This document shows, piece by piece, positions 1 through 12,965 of a stretch of 64,000 nucleotides of DNA. The notes under the pieces are model-generated. The model worked only from the letters and a program-made list of their open reading frames with translations. It did no database searches and had not been told where the DNA came from. This DNA is from Mobula hypostoma (Eukaryota). The number at the start of each line of letters is the position of its first letter. Within the stretch, counting starts at the first letter, position 1. The translations under genes and the position numbers were made by a program. Location: positions 103,046,001 through 103,110,000 of the forward strand of contig NC_086108.1 in assembly GCF_963921235.1 (NCBI RefSeq). Direction: 5' to 3'.

Positions 1-1070
1 ATTCCCACTCTTTGCTTCCTGTCTGCTAACCAATTCTCCACCCACACCAATACCTTACCCCCAATACCGTGTGCTTTAAGTTTGCACACTAATCTCCTGT
101 GTGGGACCTTGTCAAAAGCCTTTTGAAAATCCAAATATACCACATCCACTGGTTCTCCCCTATCCACTCTACTAGTTACATCCTCAAAAAATTCTATGAG
201 ATTCGTCAGACATGATTTTCCTTTCACAAATCCATGCTGACTTTGTCCGATCATTTCACCGCTTTCCAAATGTGCTGTTATCACATCCTTGATAACTGAC
301 TCTAGCAGTTTCCCCACCACCGACGTTAGGCTAACCGGCCTATAATTCCCCGGTTTCTCTCTCCCTCCTTTTTTAAAAAGTGGGGTTACATTAGCCACCC
401 TCCAATCCTCAGGAACTAGTCCAGAATCTAACGAGTTTTGAAAAATTATCACTAATGCATCCACTATTTCTTGGGCTACTTCCTTAAGCACTCTGGGATG
501 CAGACCATCTGGCCCTGGGGATTTATCTGCCTTCAATCCCTTCAATTTACCTAACACCACTTCCCTACTAACATGTATTTCACTCAGTTCCTCCATCTCA
601 CTGGACCCTCTGTCCCTTACTATTTCTGGAAGATTATTTATGTCCTCCTTAGTGAAGACAGAACCAAAGTAATTATTCAATTGGTCTGCCATGTCCTTGC
701 TCCCCATAATCAATTCACCTGTTTCTGTCTGCAGGGGACCTACATTTGTCTTTATCAGTCTTTTCCTTTTTACATATCTATAAAAGCTTTTACAGTCCGT
801 TTTTATGTTCTCTGCCAGTTTTCTCTCATAATCTTTTTTCCCCTTCCTAATTAAGCCCTTTGTCCTCCTCTGCTGAACTCTGAATTTCTCCCAGTCCTCA
901 GGTGAGCCACTTTCTCTGGCTAATTTGTATGCTACTTCTTTGGAATTGATACTATCCCTAATTTCTCTTGTCAGCCACGGGTGCACTACCTTCCTTGATT
1001 TATTCTTTTGCCAAACTGGGATGAACAATTGTTGTAGTTCATCCATGCAACCTTTAAATGCTTGCCATGA
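1..1070 (-). mobile_element. CR1 LINE ORF2 fragment (region up to RT N-terminus), cut by the window edge
   Basis: Reverse complement of gtgggaccttgtcaaaagcc encodes AFDKVPH; KSPGPDG and YRPVSLTSVVGK motifs are also on the minus strand. Confidence 0.85.
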
Positions 1071-1584
1071 TGACATTTTCTGTCTCTCTCTCCATTTAAA
1101 TCGGTGACTTCCTGAACCTCACCATAATCGGAGTGGGAAAAATCTTTATCTCGTCTCTTTTCTAATCCTTCAACCAATCATTTCAAACCTCTGTCATCTG
1201 GTCTTTGACCTGTCTACAAAGGGAAAGATGTCCATAAGACCATAAGGCGTAGGAGCAGAATTAAAGTCATCGAGTCTGCTCTGCCATTCCATCATGGCTG
1301 ATCCCGGAACCCCTCAACCCCAGACACCTCTCACCATATCCTTTGATGCCCTGATTGATCAGGAAACGATCAACTCCCACTTTAAATACACCCACGGACT
1401 TGGCCTCCATTGTAGTCTGTGGCAGAGCATTTCACAGATTTACTACTCCTCCTTACCTTGGCCCTCCCCTTAGCTGATATATCTGTTACTACCCGACAAC
1501 CATCAGACTCCTGAAACCATGTGGATAACTTCACTCAGCTCAGCTCAGAACTAATTCCACAACCTACAGACTCACTTCCAAGGA

Positions 1585-3015
1585 ACACACACACAATGGT
1601 GGAGGAACTCAACAGGTCAGACAGCACCTATAACGAATAAACAATTAACGTTTCAGGCTGAGACCCTTCTTCAGGACTGGGTAGGAAGGGATAAGAGTGG
1701 AGGCCTGTGACTAATGGTGTGCCACAGGGATCAGTGCTGGGTCCATTGTTATTTGTCATCTATATCAATGATCTGGATGATAATGTGGTAAACTGGATCA
1801 GCAAATTTGCTGATGATACAAAGATTGGAGGTGTAGTGGACAGTGAGGAAGGTTTTCAAAGCTTGCAGAGGGATTTGGACCAGCTGGAAAAATGGGCTGA
1901 AAAATGGCAGATGGAGTTTAATACAGACAAGTGTGAGGTATTGCACTTTGGAAGGACAAACCAAGGTAGAACATACAGGGTAAATGGTAAGGCACTGAGG
2001 AGTGCAGTAGAACAGAGGGATCTGGGAATACAGATACAAAATTCCCTAAAAGTGGCGTCACAGGTAGATAGGGTCATAAAGAGAGCTTTTGGTACATTGG
2101 CCTTTATTAATCAAAGTATTGAGTATAAGAGCTGGAATGTTATGATGAGGTTGTATAAGGCATTGGTGAGGCTGAATTTGGAGTATTGTGTGCAGTTTTG
2201 GTCACCAAATTACAGGAAGGAATTAAGGTTAAAAGAGTGCAGAGAAGGTTTACAAGGATGTTGCCGGGACTTGAGAAACTCAGTTACAGAGAAAGGTTGA
2301 ATAGGTTCGGACTTTATTCCCTGGAGCGTAGAAGAATGAGGGGGGATTTGATAGAGGTATATAAAATTATGATGGGTATAGATAGAGTGAATGCAAGCAG
2401 GCTTTTTCCACTGAGGCAAGGGGAGAAAAAAACTAGAGGACATGGGTTACGGGTGAGGGGGGAAAAGTTTAAAAGGAACATTAGGGTGGGCTTCTTCACA
2501 CAGAGAGTGGTGGGAATATGGAATGAGGTGCCAGACGAGGTGGTAAATGCGGGTTCTTTTTTAACATTTAAGAATAAATTGGACAGATACATGGATGGGA
2601 GGTGTATGGAGGGATATGGTCCGTGTGCAGGTCAGTGGGACTAGGCAGAAAATGGTTCGGCACAGCCAAGAAGGGCCAAAAGGCCTGTTTCTGTGCTGTA
2701 GTTTTCTATGGTTTCTAAGATGCCAGAATAAAAAGGTGGGGAGAGGGGAAGGAGAATAACTAGAAGGTGATAGGTAAAGCCTGGTGGGTGGGAAAGGTAA
2801 AGGGCTGGAGTGGAAGGAATCTGCTCGGAGAAGAGAGTGGACCATAGCAGAAAGGGAAGGAGGAGGTGACCCGGGAGAAGTGATAGGCAGCTGAGAAGAG
2901 GTGAGGGACCAGAGTGGAGAATAGAAGAAGTGAGGGGGAGGGATTTTTTTTTTGCCAGAAGGAGAAATCGATACTCAGGCCATCAGGTTGGAGGCTACGC
3001 AGATGGAATATAAGC
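1585..3015 (-). mobile_element. Old Penelope-like 3' fragment, split by the CR1 at 1697-2717
   Basis: 1585-1696 has the PLE tail and a decayed hammerhead; 2718-3015 continues into the GIY-YIG C-terminus (gccatcaggttggaggctac). Confidence 0.7.
1697..2717 (+). mobile_element. 5'-truncated CR1 LINE (RT C-terminal half and 3' UTR)
   Basis: ORFs 1707-2300 ([20 protein letters not shown]) and 2186-2644 (TRGH, FFTQRVV) are separated by a frameshift; (tttctatgg)-type tail. Confidence 0.92.
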
Positions 3016-3070
3016 TGTCTCTTTCAAGGACTCCACATCTTGAATCTACAACTGATCTCCTCAGTATTCC

Positions 3071-4447
3071 AGACCTAATCAGTTCCCCTCTACCACCACT
3101 CTGCTCCGTCTAGCAGAATTAGTCCTTACTCTTAATAATTTCTCCTTTTGCTCCTCCCATTTCCTCCAAACTAAAGGTGTAGCTATGGGCACCCGTATGG
3201 GTCCTAGCTATGCCTGCCTTTTTGTTGGGTTTGTGGAACAATCTATGTTCCGTGCCTATTCTGGTATCTGTCCCCCACTTTTCCTTCGCTACATCGACGA
3301 CTGCATTGGCGCTGCTTCCTGCACGCATGCAGAACTCGTTGACTTTATTAACTTTGCCTCCAACTTTCACCCTGCCCTCAAGTTTACCTGGTCCATTTCT
3401 GACACCTCCCTCCCCTTTCTAGATCTTTCTGTCTCTGTCTCTGGAGACAGCTTATCCACTGATGTCTACTATAAGCCTACTGACTCTCACAACTATCTGG
3501 ACTATTCCTCTTCTCACCCTGTCTCTTGCAAAAACGCCATCCCCTTCTCGCAATTCCTCCGTCTCCGCCGCATCTGCTCTCAGGATGAGGCTTTTCATTC
3601 TAGGACGAGGGAGATGTCTTCATTTTTTAAAGAAAGGGGCTTCCCTTCCTCCACTATCAACTCTGCTCTTAAACGCATCTCCCCCATTTCACGTACATCT
3701 GCTCTCACTCCATCCTCCCACCACCCCACTAGGAATAGGGTTCCCCTGGTCCTCACCTACCACCCCACCAGCCTCCGGGTCCAACATATTATTCTCCGTA
3801 ACTTCCGCCACCTCCAACGGGATCCCACCACTAAGCATATCTTTCCCTCCCCGCCTCTCTCTGCATTCCGCAGGGATCGCTCCCTACACAACTCCCTTGT
3901 CCATTCGTCCCCCCCATCCCTCCCCACTGATCTCCCTGCTGGCACTTATCCATGTAAGCGGAACAAGTGCTACACATGCCCTTACACTTCCTCCCTTACC
4001 ACCATTCAGGGCCCCAAACAGTCCTTCCAGGTGAGGCATCACTTCACCTGTGAGTCGACTGGGGTGATATACTGCGTCCGGTGCTCCCGATGTGGCCTTT
4101 TATATATTGGTGAGACCCGACGCAGACTGGGAGACCGCTTTGCTGAACATCTACGCTCTGTCCGCCAGAGAAAGCAGGATCTCCCAGTGGCCACACATTT
4201 TAATTCCACATCCCATTCCCATTCTGACATGTCTATCCACGGCCTCCTCTACTGTAAAGATGAAGCCACACTCAGGTTGGAGGAACAACACCTTATATTC
4301 CGTCTGGGTAGCCTCCAACCTGATGGCATGAACATTGACTTCTCTAACTTCCGCTTGGCCCCACCTCCCCCTCGTACCCCATCTGTTACTCTTTTTAATG
4401 CACACATTCTTTCTCTCACTCTCCTTTTTCTCCCTCTGTCCCTCTGA
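3071..4447 (+). CDS. Penelope-like RT/GIY-YIG endonuclease, partial (open from the 5' truncation; family stop lost, read-through to 4447)
   Basis: RPNQFPST..LTLNNFSF..GVAMGTRMGPSYA, RYIDD, FLDL, CKRNKCYTC, VIY..C..C..LYIGET..RFAEH, GMN. Sister copies stop at ttccactaa / ttccgctaa. Confidence 0.88.
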   Translation, partial: RPNQFPSTTTLLRLAELVLTLNNFSFCSSHFLQTKGVAMGTRMGPSYACLFVGFVEQSMFRAYSGICPPLFLRYIDDCIGAASCTHAELVDFINFASNFHPALKFTWSISDTSLPFLDLSVSVSGDSLSTDVYYKPTDSHNYLDYSSSHPVSCKNAIPFSQFLRLRRICSQDEAFHSRTREMSSFFKERGFPSSTINSALKRISPISRTSALTPSSHHPTRNRVPLVLTYHPTSLRVQHIILRNFRHLQRDPTTKHIFPSPPLSAFRRDRSLHNSLVHSSPPSLPTDLPAGTYPCKRNKCYTCPYTSSLTTIQGPKQSFQVRHHFTCESTGVIYCVRCSRCGLLYIGETRRRLGDRFAEHLRSVRQRKQDLPVATHFNSTSHSHSDMSIHGLLYCKDEATLRLEEQHLIFRLGSLQPDGMNIDFSNFRLAPPPPRTPSVTLFNAHILSLTLLFLPLSL

Positions 4448-4650
4448 ATATACCTCTTGCCCATCCTCTGGGTCACCCCCCCCCCGTCTTTCTTCCCGGA
4501 CCTCCTGTCCCATGATCCTCTCGTATCCCCTTCTGCCTATCACCTGTCCAGCTCTCGGCTCTATCCCTCCCCCTCCTGTCTTCTCCTATCATTTTGCATC
4601 TCCCCCTCCCCCTCCAGCTTTCAAATCCCTTACTCACTCTTCCTTCAGTT

Positions 4651-4686
4651 AGTCCTGACGAAGGGTCTCGGCCTGAAACGTCAACT
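4651..4686 (+). ncRNA. Minimal type-I hammerhead ribozyme of PLE (stem I weakened)
   Basis: agtc-CTGACGA-agg gtctcgg cct-GAAA-cg-TC-aact. Confidence 0.75.
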
Positions 4687-4989
4687 GCGCCTCTTCCTCT
4701 AGATGCTGCCTGGCCTGCTGCGTTCACCAGCAACTTTGATGTATGTTCCTCAGTATTATATATTATTTTATTTGCACAATTTGTCTTCTTTTTGCACATT
4801 GTTTCTTTGTCAATCTTTATAGTTCTTTATAAATTATATTGTATTTCTTTATTTTCTTGTAAATGCCTGTATGAAAATGAATCTCAGGCTGGTATATGGG
4901 GACATATGTATACTTTGATGATAAATGACTTTAAAATCAGAGAATCATAAACTCACACAGCATGGAAACAGCTCTTGGCCCAGCTCATC

Positions 4990-6590
4990 CATAAGGTATA
5001 GGAGCAGAGTTAGGCCATTTGGCCCATCAAGTCTGCTCCACCATTTCAACATGACTGATTCATTGCCCTCTCAGCCCCAATCTCCCACCTTCTCCCCGCA
5101 TCCCTTCATGCTCTGACTAATCAAGAATTTGACAACCTCTGCCTTAAGTATACCCAAAGACTTTGCCTCCACAATCGCCTGTCACCATGAAATCCACCGA
5201 TTCACCACTCTTTGGCTAAAGAAATTCTTCCGTCTCCTTTCTAAATGGACATCCCTTTCTTCTGAGGCTGTGCCCACAGGTCTTAGACTCCCCCACCAAA
5301 GAAGACATCCTTTTCAAGTCTATTCTGTTGAAGCCTTTCAACGTTCAGTAGGTTTACATAGAAACATAGAAAATAGGTGCAGGAGTAGGCCATTCGGCCC
5401 TTTGAGCCTGCACTGCCATTTATTATGATCATGGCTGATCATCCAACTCAGAACCCCGCCCCAGCCTTCCCTCCATACCCCCTGACCCAAATCAATGAGA
5501 TCCCCCTCATTCTTCTGAATTCCAGTGAGTGCAGGCCCAGAGCCATCAAACACTTCTCATGTGACAAGCCTTTCAATCACAGTATCTTTCTCATGAACCT
5601 CCTTTGAACCCTCTCCAATGTAAGCAAATCCTTTTTTAGAAAAGAGGTCTAAAACGGCTTCCAGTATTCCAAGTGAGGCCTCACTAGTGCTTTATAATCC
5701 TTAACATTGCATTTGCCTTTGTCACTACCAACTCAACCTGCATATTAACATTCAGGGAATCCTGCATGAGGATTCCCAAGACCCTTTGCACTTCAGATTT
5801 TTGAAATTCCTCTCCATTTAGAAAATAGTCTATGCTTTTATTTCTTCTACCAAGCTGCATGACCATACACTTCCCAGCACTGTTTTCCATCTACCACTTC
5901 TTTGCCCATTCTCCGAATGCGTCTTAAGTCCTAACAGAGCCTTGCTGCTTCCTCAACACAACCTGTCTTCCACCTATCATCGTATTATCTGCAAGCTTGG
6001 CAATTCCTTCATCCAAATCATTGACGTATAATGTAAGAAGACTTTGTCCCAACACAGACCCCTGTGGAAAGTCACTAGTCACTGGCAGCTAACCGGAAAG
6101 GGTTCCCTTTATTCCAGCTCTTTGCCTCCGGCCAATCAGCCACTGCTTTATACATGCTAGAATCTTCCCTGTAATACCATGTGCTCTTAACTTAAGCATC
6201 CTCATGTATATCACCTTGTCAAAGACCTTTTGAAAGTCCAAGTATACAATGCTCACCGATTATCTTTTGTCTATCCTGCTTGTTATTTCTTCAAAGAATT
6301 CTAACAGATTTGTCATGCAAGATTTTCACTTAAGGAAACCATGCTGGCTTTGGCCTATTTTATCATGTGCCTAAATTCCCTGAAACCACATCTTTAGCAA
6401 TTGATGCCAACATCTTTCTAGCCACTGTCAGACCAAGGTAATTACCTTTCTTCTGCCTCTCTCCCTTCTTGAAAAGTAGAGTGACATTTGCAATTTCCCC
6501 AGACCTCCGGAACCATGCCAGACTCAATTGATTCTTGAAAGATCATTATTAATACCTCCACAGTCTCTTCATCCACCTCTTTCAGAACTG
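4990..6590 (-). mobile_element. Decayed CR1 LINE with a short younger CR1 3' end inserted at about 5356-5490
   Basis: Minus-strand RT remnants; catagaaacatagaaa tail of the insert is nearly identical to 15993-16120. Confidence 0.75.
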
Positions 6591-7139
6591 AGATGCCTAT
6601 CCACGACAGTCCCATTTGAGTGGATTTGGTTCATATCCCTCTAAACCTTCCTTGTCCATCTATAGGATAGGCCGAAGATAAGTGTTCCCCTGTACCTGCT
6701 ACCTAGAGTATTGTTCTGGGTGCAGAAGGTAGGGTTTTGGGAGATGCTGTGAAAAAAGCCTTGAAGGTTTGTGTTCAGCTCATCTTCTGCCTACTGAAGC
6801 TATGTGGTGATGGAAAGAGTGAAGGTGTTGTCCAGTCCACTGCCTTGTCCTGGGTGTTACTACTACTAGACAGGTATACGGAGGAACTTAAAGTGGGAGG
6901 TTATATGGGAGGCAGGGTTGAAGGGTTGGTACAACATTGTGGGCCGAAGGGCCTGTACTGTACTATGTTCTACGTTCTATGTTGCCAAGGTTCTGGGCTG
7001 CACCTTACAGGTTGTGTAAAGGTTGTACAGAGTTAGATTCACTTGCCACTTACCCATGGTGGCTAAGTTATCAGAGAATATATGAGATGTTTTTGAATGA
7101 ACTCATAAAGTTCCATCAAAATCATCTCGTACTTAGGAC

Positions 7140-7760
7140 CACTTGGTTGAGCACCTGAGCTCTGTCCACCACAAAAGGTGGACTTTCCCAGTGGCCACCC
7201 ATTTTAATTCCCACGTCCCGTTTCCATTCTGATACGTCAATCCATGGCCTCCTCTACTGCCATAATGCAGCCACTCTCAAATTGGAGAAGCAACACCTCA
7301 AATTCCATCTGGGTAGCCTCCAACCTGATGGCACGAACATTGATTTCTCTAGCTTCCGGTAATTTCTCCCTTCACCCCCCCCCCCCCACTTTTGCTCTTT
7401 TACCATTCCCCATCCTAGCTTCACTCTTAACCCCTTCTCTTCTCCTCACCTGCCCATCGCCTCCTCTGGTGCCCCTGCTCCTTCCCTTACCCCATGGTCC
7501 ACTCTCTTGTCCTATCAGTTTCCTTCTTCTTCAGCCTTTGCCTCTCCCACCTATCACCTCCCAGCTTCTTAGTTCATTCCCCTTTCCCTGCCTACCTTCC
7601 TCATCACCTGATTTCACCTATCAGTTGCCAGTTTTTCTTTCTCCTCCCCCAACCTTCTTATTTTGTCTTCTGCCCTCTTCCTTTACAGTCCCAATGTCAA
7701 CTGTTCATTCCTCCCCATTGAAGCTGCCTGACCTGTTGAATTCCTCCAGCATTTTGTCTT
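7140..7760 (+). mobile_element. Old Penelope-like 3' fragment
   Basis: cccagtggccacccattttaattc...gggtagcctccaacctgatggc matches the GIY-YIG end of 3069-4746. Confidence 0.75.
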
Positions 7761-7804
7761 TGTTCCTCATGAGATCCAGTTATGAGAGGGAATTTACTTA
7801 TTTA

Positions 7805-8075
7805 TTTTACCTATACAGCACAGAACAGGCCCTTCCGACCCAATTTAGCAGCCCGTCTATTTAGCCCTAGCCTAATCACAGGGCAGTTTACACTGACCAA
7901 TTAACCTACAAACTGGTATGTCTTTGGACCGTGGGAGGGAACCGGAGAACCCGGAGGAAACCCACGTGATTCACGGGAAGACTGTACGAACTCCTTACAG
8001 GCAACGGCGGAATTGAACTCTGAACTCCAGATTCCCCGAGCTGTGATACCGTCGCGCTAACCGCTACGCCACTGT
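7805..8075 (-). mobile_element. tRNA-derived V-SINE/HE1-like SINE
   Basis: gtgggagggaaccggagaacccggaggaaacccacg is the reverse complement of the V-domain. Confidence 0.7.
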
Positions 8076-8657
8076 GGCGCCCGTGGCGTGGTTACGTGTG
8101 AAGCAACCAAATTTCTGTTAAGCAACTGTTCATGCAAGTCACTAAACTGATAATGTGTTAGGAAATTGATTTTACGTTAATGCTTGATTAAAAGCAAGAA
8201 AAAATTAATGAACTTTCATTTATATGGCCCATGAAGCATTTCTAAGCTGCATTTGTCCATGTAATCTGGCCACTAATTAAAGCAAGCATATCCTTTAACA
8301 AAGTATATTTCTTAATGGGAACTGAATCACAGCTAAACGAAAACATTCCTGGGACCCTCCAAAATTAAACAGCCCCTGGTACAAGCTGAAATATTTAAGA
8401 TGTGTAATAAATATTTTTATATAGTCCATTTTGCTGGCTTTCACATTACAACACTCCTGCACATTTCACCCTGTCAGTGGCCCCTTTGGGATCTTTAAAA
8501 ATGTTTGAAGCTGCACTTAAACCATTTACCTGAACTCGGTGGGCCTTGCAGTCGTTTGTACTGGGTAGGAGTATTTCGCTCGCTAATAGTCTTTTCACAC
8601 CCCCATATACTGTAAGTATATTGTTGAAACACTCCCTCCACAGAATAAAGTGCAGTA

Positions 8658-8875
8658 GGATAGTGGTTAGTGTAATGCTTTACAGCACCCAGCAATCAGG
8701 GTTCAATTTCTACCGCTGTCTGTAAGGAGTTTGTATGTATTCCCCATGATCACGTGGTGTTCTCCAGGTGTTCCAGTTTCCTCCCACAGTCCAAAGACCT
8801 ATGGGTTAATTTGTCACATGGGCGCAGGTTTGTTGAACCAAAAGGGTCTGTTACTGTGCTGTATCTCTAAACAAA
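8658..8875 (+). mobile_element. V-SINE/HE1-like SINE
   Basis: A/B-box-like tagtggttag...ggttcaatttc followed by ccagtttcctcccaca. Confidence 0.7.
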
Positions 8876-9699
8876 AATATAATTCATTAAGGCATATTAG
8901 AGATACAGAGCAAAAATGCCAGCCATTCTTCAGTGAGGACACAAGAGATGACAGTCGCTGGAATCTCGAACGACAGTCTGCTGGAGAAACTCAGTGGGTT
9001 GAGCTAAGTCTGTAGGAGGAAGAGAATTGTCAACCTATCGGCTCAAAATCCTGCATCAGGGCAACCCATCTGTTGCAGGGCTTGGACCCAAACTGTCGAT
9101 AATTCCTCTCCTCCCCCACCCCCCACAGATGCTGCTCGACCCATTGACTTTCGACAGCAGATTATCAGATTATTAGCCAGGTAACGTGGCCTCACAGCAC
9201 AATCCCACAAACTTGTGGCGGTGCAATTAATAAAGGCAACAAAGTTATGTTATAACAGTTGAAGCATTATGTGAACATTATACAACTACATAAATCTATC
9301 TGTATTATCTTCAGATTGAAGCAGGTTGAATTTTTAATTCAGCACCAGCACTCTGTTGTCTCTGATATGCAGTACAGCCCAGGGTGCATAACTGAGAAAA
9401 GCCGGCAAATGAGACTAGCTTGGATGCGTACAGGACTGGCACAGACGAGCTGGGCTAAAGGGGTTGTTCCCATGATTTTCTGATTATAACAGGTATAGGG
9501 GAGGACATCTTTCCCTTTGGAGAGAGGCCAGAAACCAGATAGCCCATCACCTCCCTATGGCTTCTCTTCTTCCCTTTCTTTCATGGCACACTAACCTCTC
9601 CTGTTAGATTAATACACACAAAATGCTGGAGGAAGTCAGCAGACCAGGATGCATCTATGGAGGGGAATATACAGCCAACATTTCAGGCCAAGACCCTTC

Positions 9700-11930
9700 G
9701 CTCGTGGCTGACAAGGGAAATCAAAGCCAACATAAAAGCAAAAGAGAGGGCATATAATAGCGCAAAAGTTAGAAGATTGGGAAACTTTTAAAAGCCAACA
9801 GAAGACAACTAAATAAAAGCCATGGGGGGGGGGGAAGATGAAGTATGAAGGTAAGCTACCAATAATATAAAGAGGAAACCAAAAGTGCTTTCAGATATAT
9901 AAAGAGTGAAAGAGAGGCAAGAGTAGATACTGGACTGCTGGAAAATGACACTAGACAGGTAGTAAGGAGGACAAGAAAATGGCGGACAAACTGAATAAAT
10001 ATTTTTCATCAGTCTTCACTGTGGAAGTATGATGAAAGTTCAAGAGTGTCAGGGGCAGAAGTGAGTGCATTTGCTATTACAAAGGAGAATATGCTTGGCA
10101 AACTGAAAGGTCACCCGGATAAGTCACCCGGAGCAGATGGACTACAGCTCATGGTTCTGAAAGAGACCATAAGACACAGGAGCAGAATTAGGCCATCTGG
10201 CCCTTGAGTCTGCTCCGCCTTTCTATCATGGCTGATCCTTTCTTTCTATCTCCTCCTCAACCCCAGTTCCCACCCTTCTCCCCGTAACCTTTGATGTCAT
10301 GTCCAATCAAGAACTTATCAAATTTTGCCTTAAATACACCCAGCAACCTGGCCTGTACAGCTGCATGTGGCAACAAATTCCACAAATTCACCACCCTTTG
10401 GCTAAAGAAATTTCTCTGCATCTCTGTTTTGAAAGGGCGCCCCTCTATCCTGAGGCTGTGTCCTCTTGTCCTAGACTCTCCCACCATGGGAAATATCCTT
10501 TCCACATCTACTCTTTCAACAGGTAGCTGAAGAGATTGTGTGGATATTAGTAATCATATTTAAAGAGTGAATAGACACTGGCATGGTTCTGGAGGACTGG
10601 AAAATTGCAAATGTCATTCCACTCTTCAAGGAGGAAATTATAGGTCAGTCAGATTGACTTCAGTAGTTGGGAAGATCTGGATGTAGTTTTGGGGTATTTG
10701 AAGGCACACAATATCATAGGCCGAAGTCAGCATGGTTTCCGTAGGGGAAGATCTTGCTGATACATCGGTTGGAATTCTTTGAGGAAATAACAAGCGGGAT
10801 AAACAAAACAGAATGGATCGATGTTTTGCACTTGGATTTTTCAGAAGGCCTTCAACAAGATGCCACATGAGGCTGCTTAAGAGTCCAGGGAATTACAGGA
10901 AAGGTACCAGCATGGACAAAGCAGCGGCTCATTGGCAGGAGGCAAAAAGTGGGAATAAAGAGGCCTTTTCTGATTGGCTGCTGTGTTGGGTCAGCAGGGG
11001 TCTGGGTGGGGCCACTTCCTTTTACATTGTATATCAATAATTTGGATGACAGAATTGATAGCTTTGAGACCAAGTTTGCAGATGATACAAAGGCAGGTGG
11101 AGGGGCAGGTAGTGTTGAGGAAACAGGGAAACTGCAGAAGGACATGGGTTAGGAGAATGGGCAAAGAAGTGGCAGATGGAGTACGGTGTTGGGAAGTGCT
11201 TGGTCATGCATTGCCTATATTCTAAATGGAGAGAAAATCCAAAACTCCGAGTTGCAAAGGGACTAGGGAGTCCTTGTGCAGAATGCCCTAAAGGTTAATT
11301 TTCAGATTGAGTCAGTGGTGAGGAAGGTAAATGCAATGTTAGCATTCATTATGAGAAGACTAGAATGTAAAAGCAAGGATGTAATGCTGAGGCTTTATAA
11401 CTTAGAGTATTATGAGCAGTTTTGGGCCGCTTATTTAAGAAAAGATGTCCTGAAATTAGAGAGGCTTCAGAGGAGGTTCACGAGAATGATTGCAGAACTG
11501 AAAGGCTTAATATATGAGGAACGATCGACGGCTCTGGGTCTTTACTCGCTGGAATTTAGAAGAATGAGGGGGAATCTCATTGAAAATCTATCGAATGTTG
11601 AAAAGGCTGAAGAGAGTGGATGTGGAGAGGATGTTTCCTCTGGCGGACCAGAAAGCACAACCTCAGAACAGAGGGTAGTCCATTTAGAACAGAGATGAGG
11701 AATTTATTTAGCCAGAGGGTGGTAAATCTGCAGAATTTTTTGACACAGGCGGTTATGGAAGCCAAGTCATTGGGTGTATTTAAGGCTGAGGTTGGTGGGT
11801 TCTTGATTAGTTGGGGCATGAAAAGTTACAAGGAGAAGGCAAAAGAGGATGGGGTTGAGAGGAAAATGAAATAGTGGAGCAGACTTGATGGGCCGAAAGG
11901 CCTAATTCTGCTCCTATGTTTTATGGTCCA
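9700..11930 (+). mobile_element. Decayed CR1 LINE with an opposite-strand CR1 3' end nested at about 10166-10520
   Basis: KFADDTK (10949-11152), QRRFTRMI, FSQRVVNL; minus-strand insert encodes TRGHSLRIEGRPF. Confidence 0.82.
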
Positions 11931-12328
11931 TGGATGCTGCCTGATCTGCTGAGCTCCTTCAGCATTCTGTGTGTGTTGCTCTGAATTTCCAGCATCTGCA
12001 GAATCTCTTGTATTTATGCTCCCCTATTGGATTCCTTCTTCAGCCTGTCACCTATTCCACTTAACCCCCATCTGCTTCTTACTTCATCTCCCCTCTCTTA
12101 TCAACCTAATTAAAGATCCCTCCCACCTCAGTCATTCTCTCTTTTCCCATCCCTCCCATAATCGCAGAGAACATGTACCATCAGCCTCAAGGACAGCTTC
12201 TATCTCACTGTCATCAGATTCTTGATCTCTTGTATGCCAAAAGATGAATTGTTGATCTTTCAATCAAAAACATCAAGACCCTTGTGGTTTATCATCAACT
12301 TGCAGTGCACGTTCTCTGTAATTGTAAC

Positions 12329-12575
12329 ACGGCAGCGTGGTGGTTAGCATAACGCCAATACAGCGCCAGTGGCCCGGGTTCAGTTCCCGCCACTATCTGT
12401 AAAGAGTTTGTACATTCTCCCCGTGACCACGTAAGTTTCCTCCTGGTGCTCCAGTTTCCTCCCATGTTCCAGAGTTATACATGTTAGTAGGTGAATTGGT
12501 TACCTGGGTGAAATTGAGCAGCAGAGGCTCGTGGAGCTGAAAGGGCCTGTTACCAGGCTGTATCTCTAAATTAAA
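12329..12575 (+). mobile_element. V-SINE/HE1-like SINE
   Basis: ggcagcgtggtggttagc...gggttcagttccc...tgctccagtttcctccca; A-rich end. Confidence 0.72.
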
Positions 12576-12776
12576 AAAATATTCTCAATTGTTTTTTTCT
12601 TCTGTTACCTCAGTGTGTTTGTGTAAGGAATGATCACCTGGAAAGCGTGCAGACAAAACCTTCTCACTGTGCCTCAGCACGTCTACTGCCTGTAACTCCG
12701 CTGGCGTTTAGGGCAACAATGAGGGTCCTCCATCTCCGGCGGTCTTCAGGGCTGAGTCAGTAATTCAGTTTTCACA

Positions 12777-12965
12777 ACAGGCCAGGCAGCATCTCTAGGA
12801 AGAGGTGCAGTCGACGTTTCAGGCCGAGACCCGTGTCCTGACGAAGGGTCTCGGCCTGAAACGTCGACTGCACCTCTTCCTAGAGATGCTGCCTGGCCTG
12901 CTGCGTTCACCAGCAACTTTGATGTGTGTTGCTTGAATTTCCAGCATCTGCAGAATTCCTGTTGT
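12777..12965 (+). mobile_element. Fold-back PLE-tail mini-element with hammerhead, 13-bp TSD TTCAGTTTTCACA
   Basis: Perfect 55-bp inverted arms 12778-12832 / 12846-12900; TSD 12764-12776 / 12966-12978. Confidence 0.88.
12835..12868 (+). ncRNA. Minimal hammerhead ribozyme, intact core
   Basis: gtc-CTGACGA-agg gtctcgg cct-GAAA-cg-TC-gac. Confidence 0.78.

Larger units (their letters stand above)
3069..4746 (+). mobile_element. Penelope-like retroelement, 5'-truncated, with 11-bp TSD TCCTCAGTATT (3058-3068 / 4747-4757)
   Basis: RT plus GIY-YIG ORF, pyrimidine-rich 3' UTR, hammerhead motif, flanking direct repeat. Confidence 0.92.

Noticed and set aside
4335..4950. Pro/Ser-rich and Gly/Arg-rich ORFs here and at 55493-55943, 56918-57310 and 62464-63547
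   Set aside because: Artefacts of the pyrimidine-rich PLE 3' UTR and its inverted copies.
12778..12900. miRNA precursor or DNA-transposon MITE
   Set aside because: The arms are PLE tail sequence, are asymmetric relative to the TSD, and the 13-bp TSD fits retrotransposition better.
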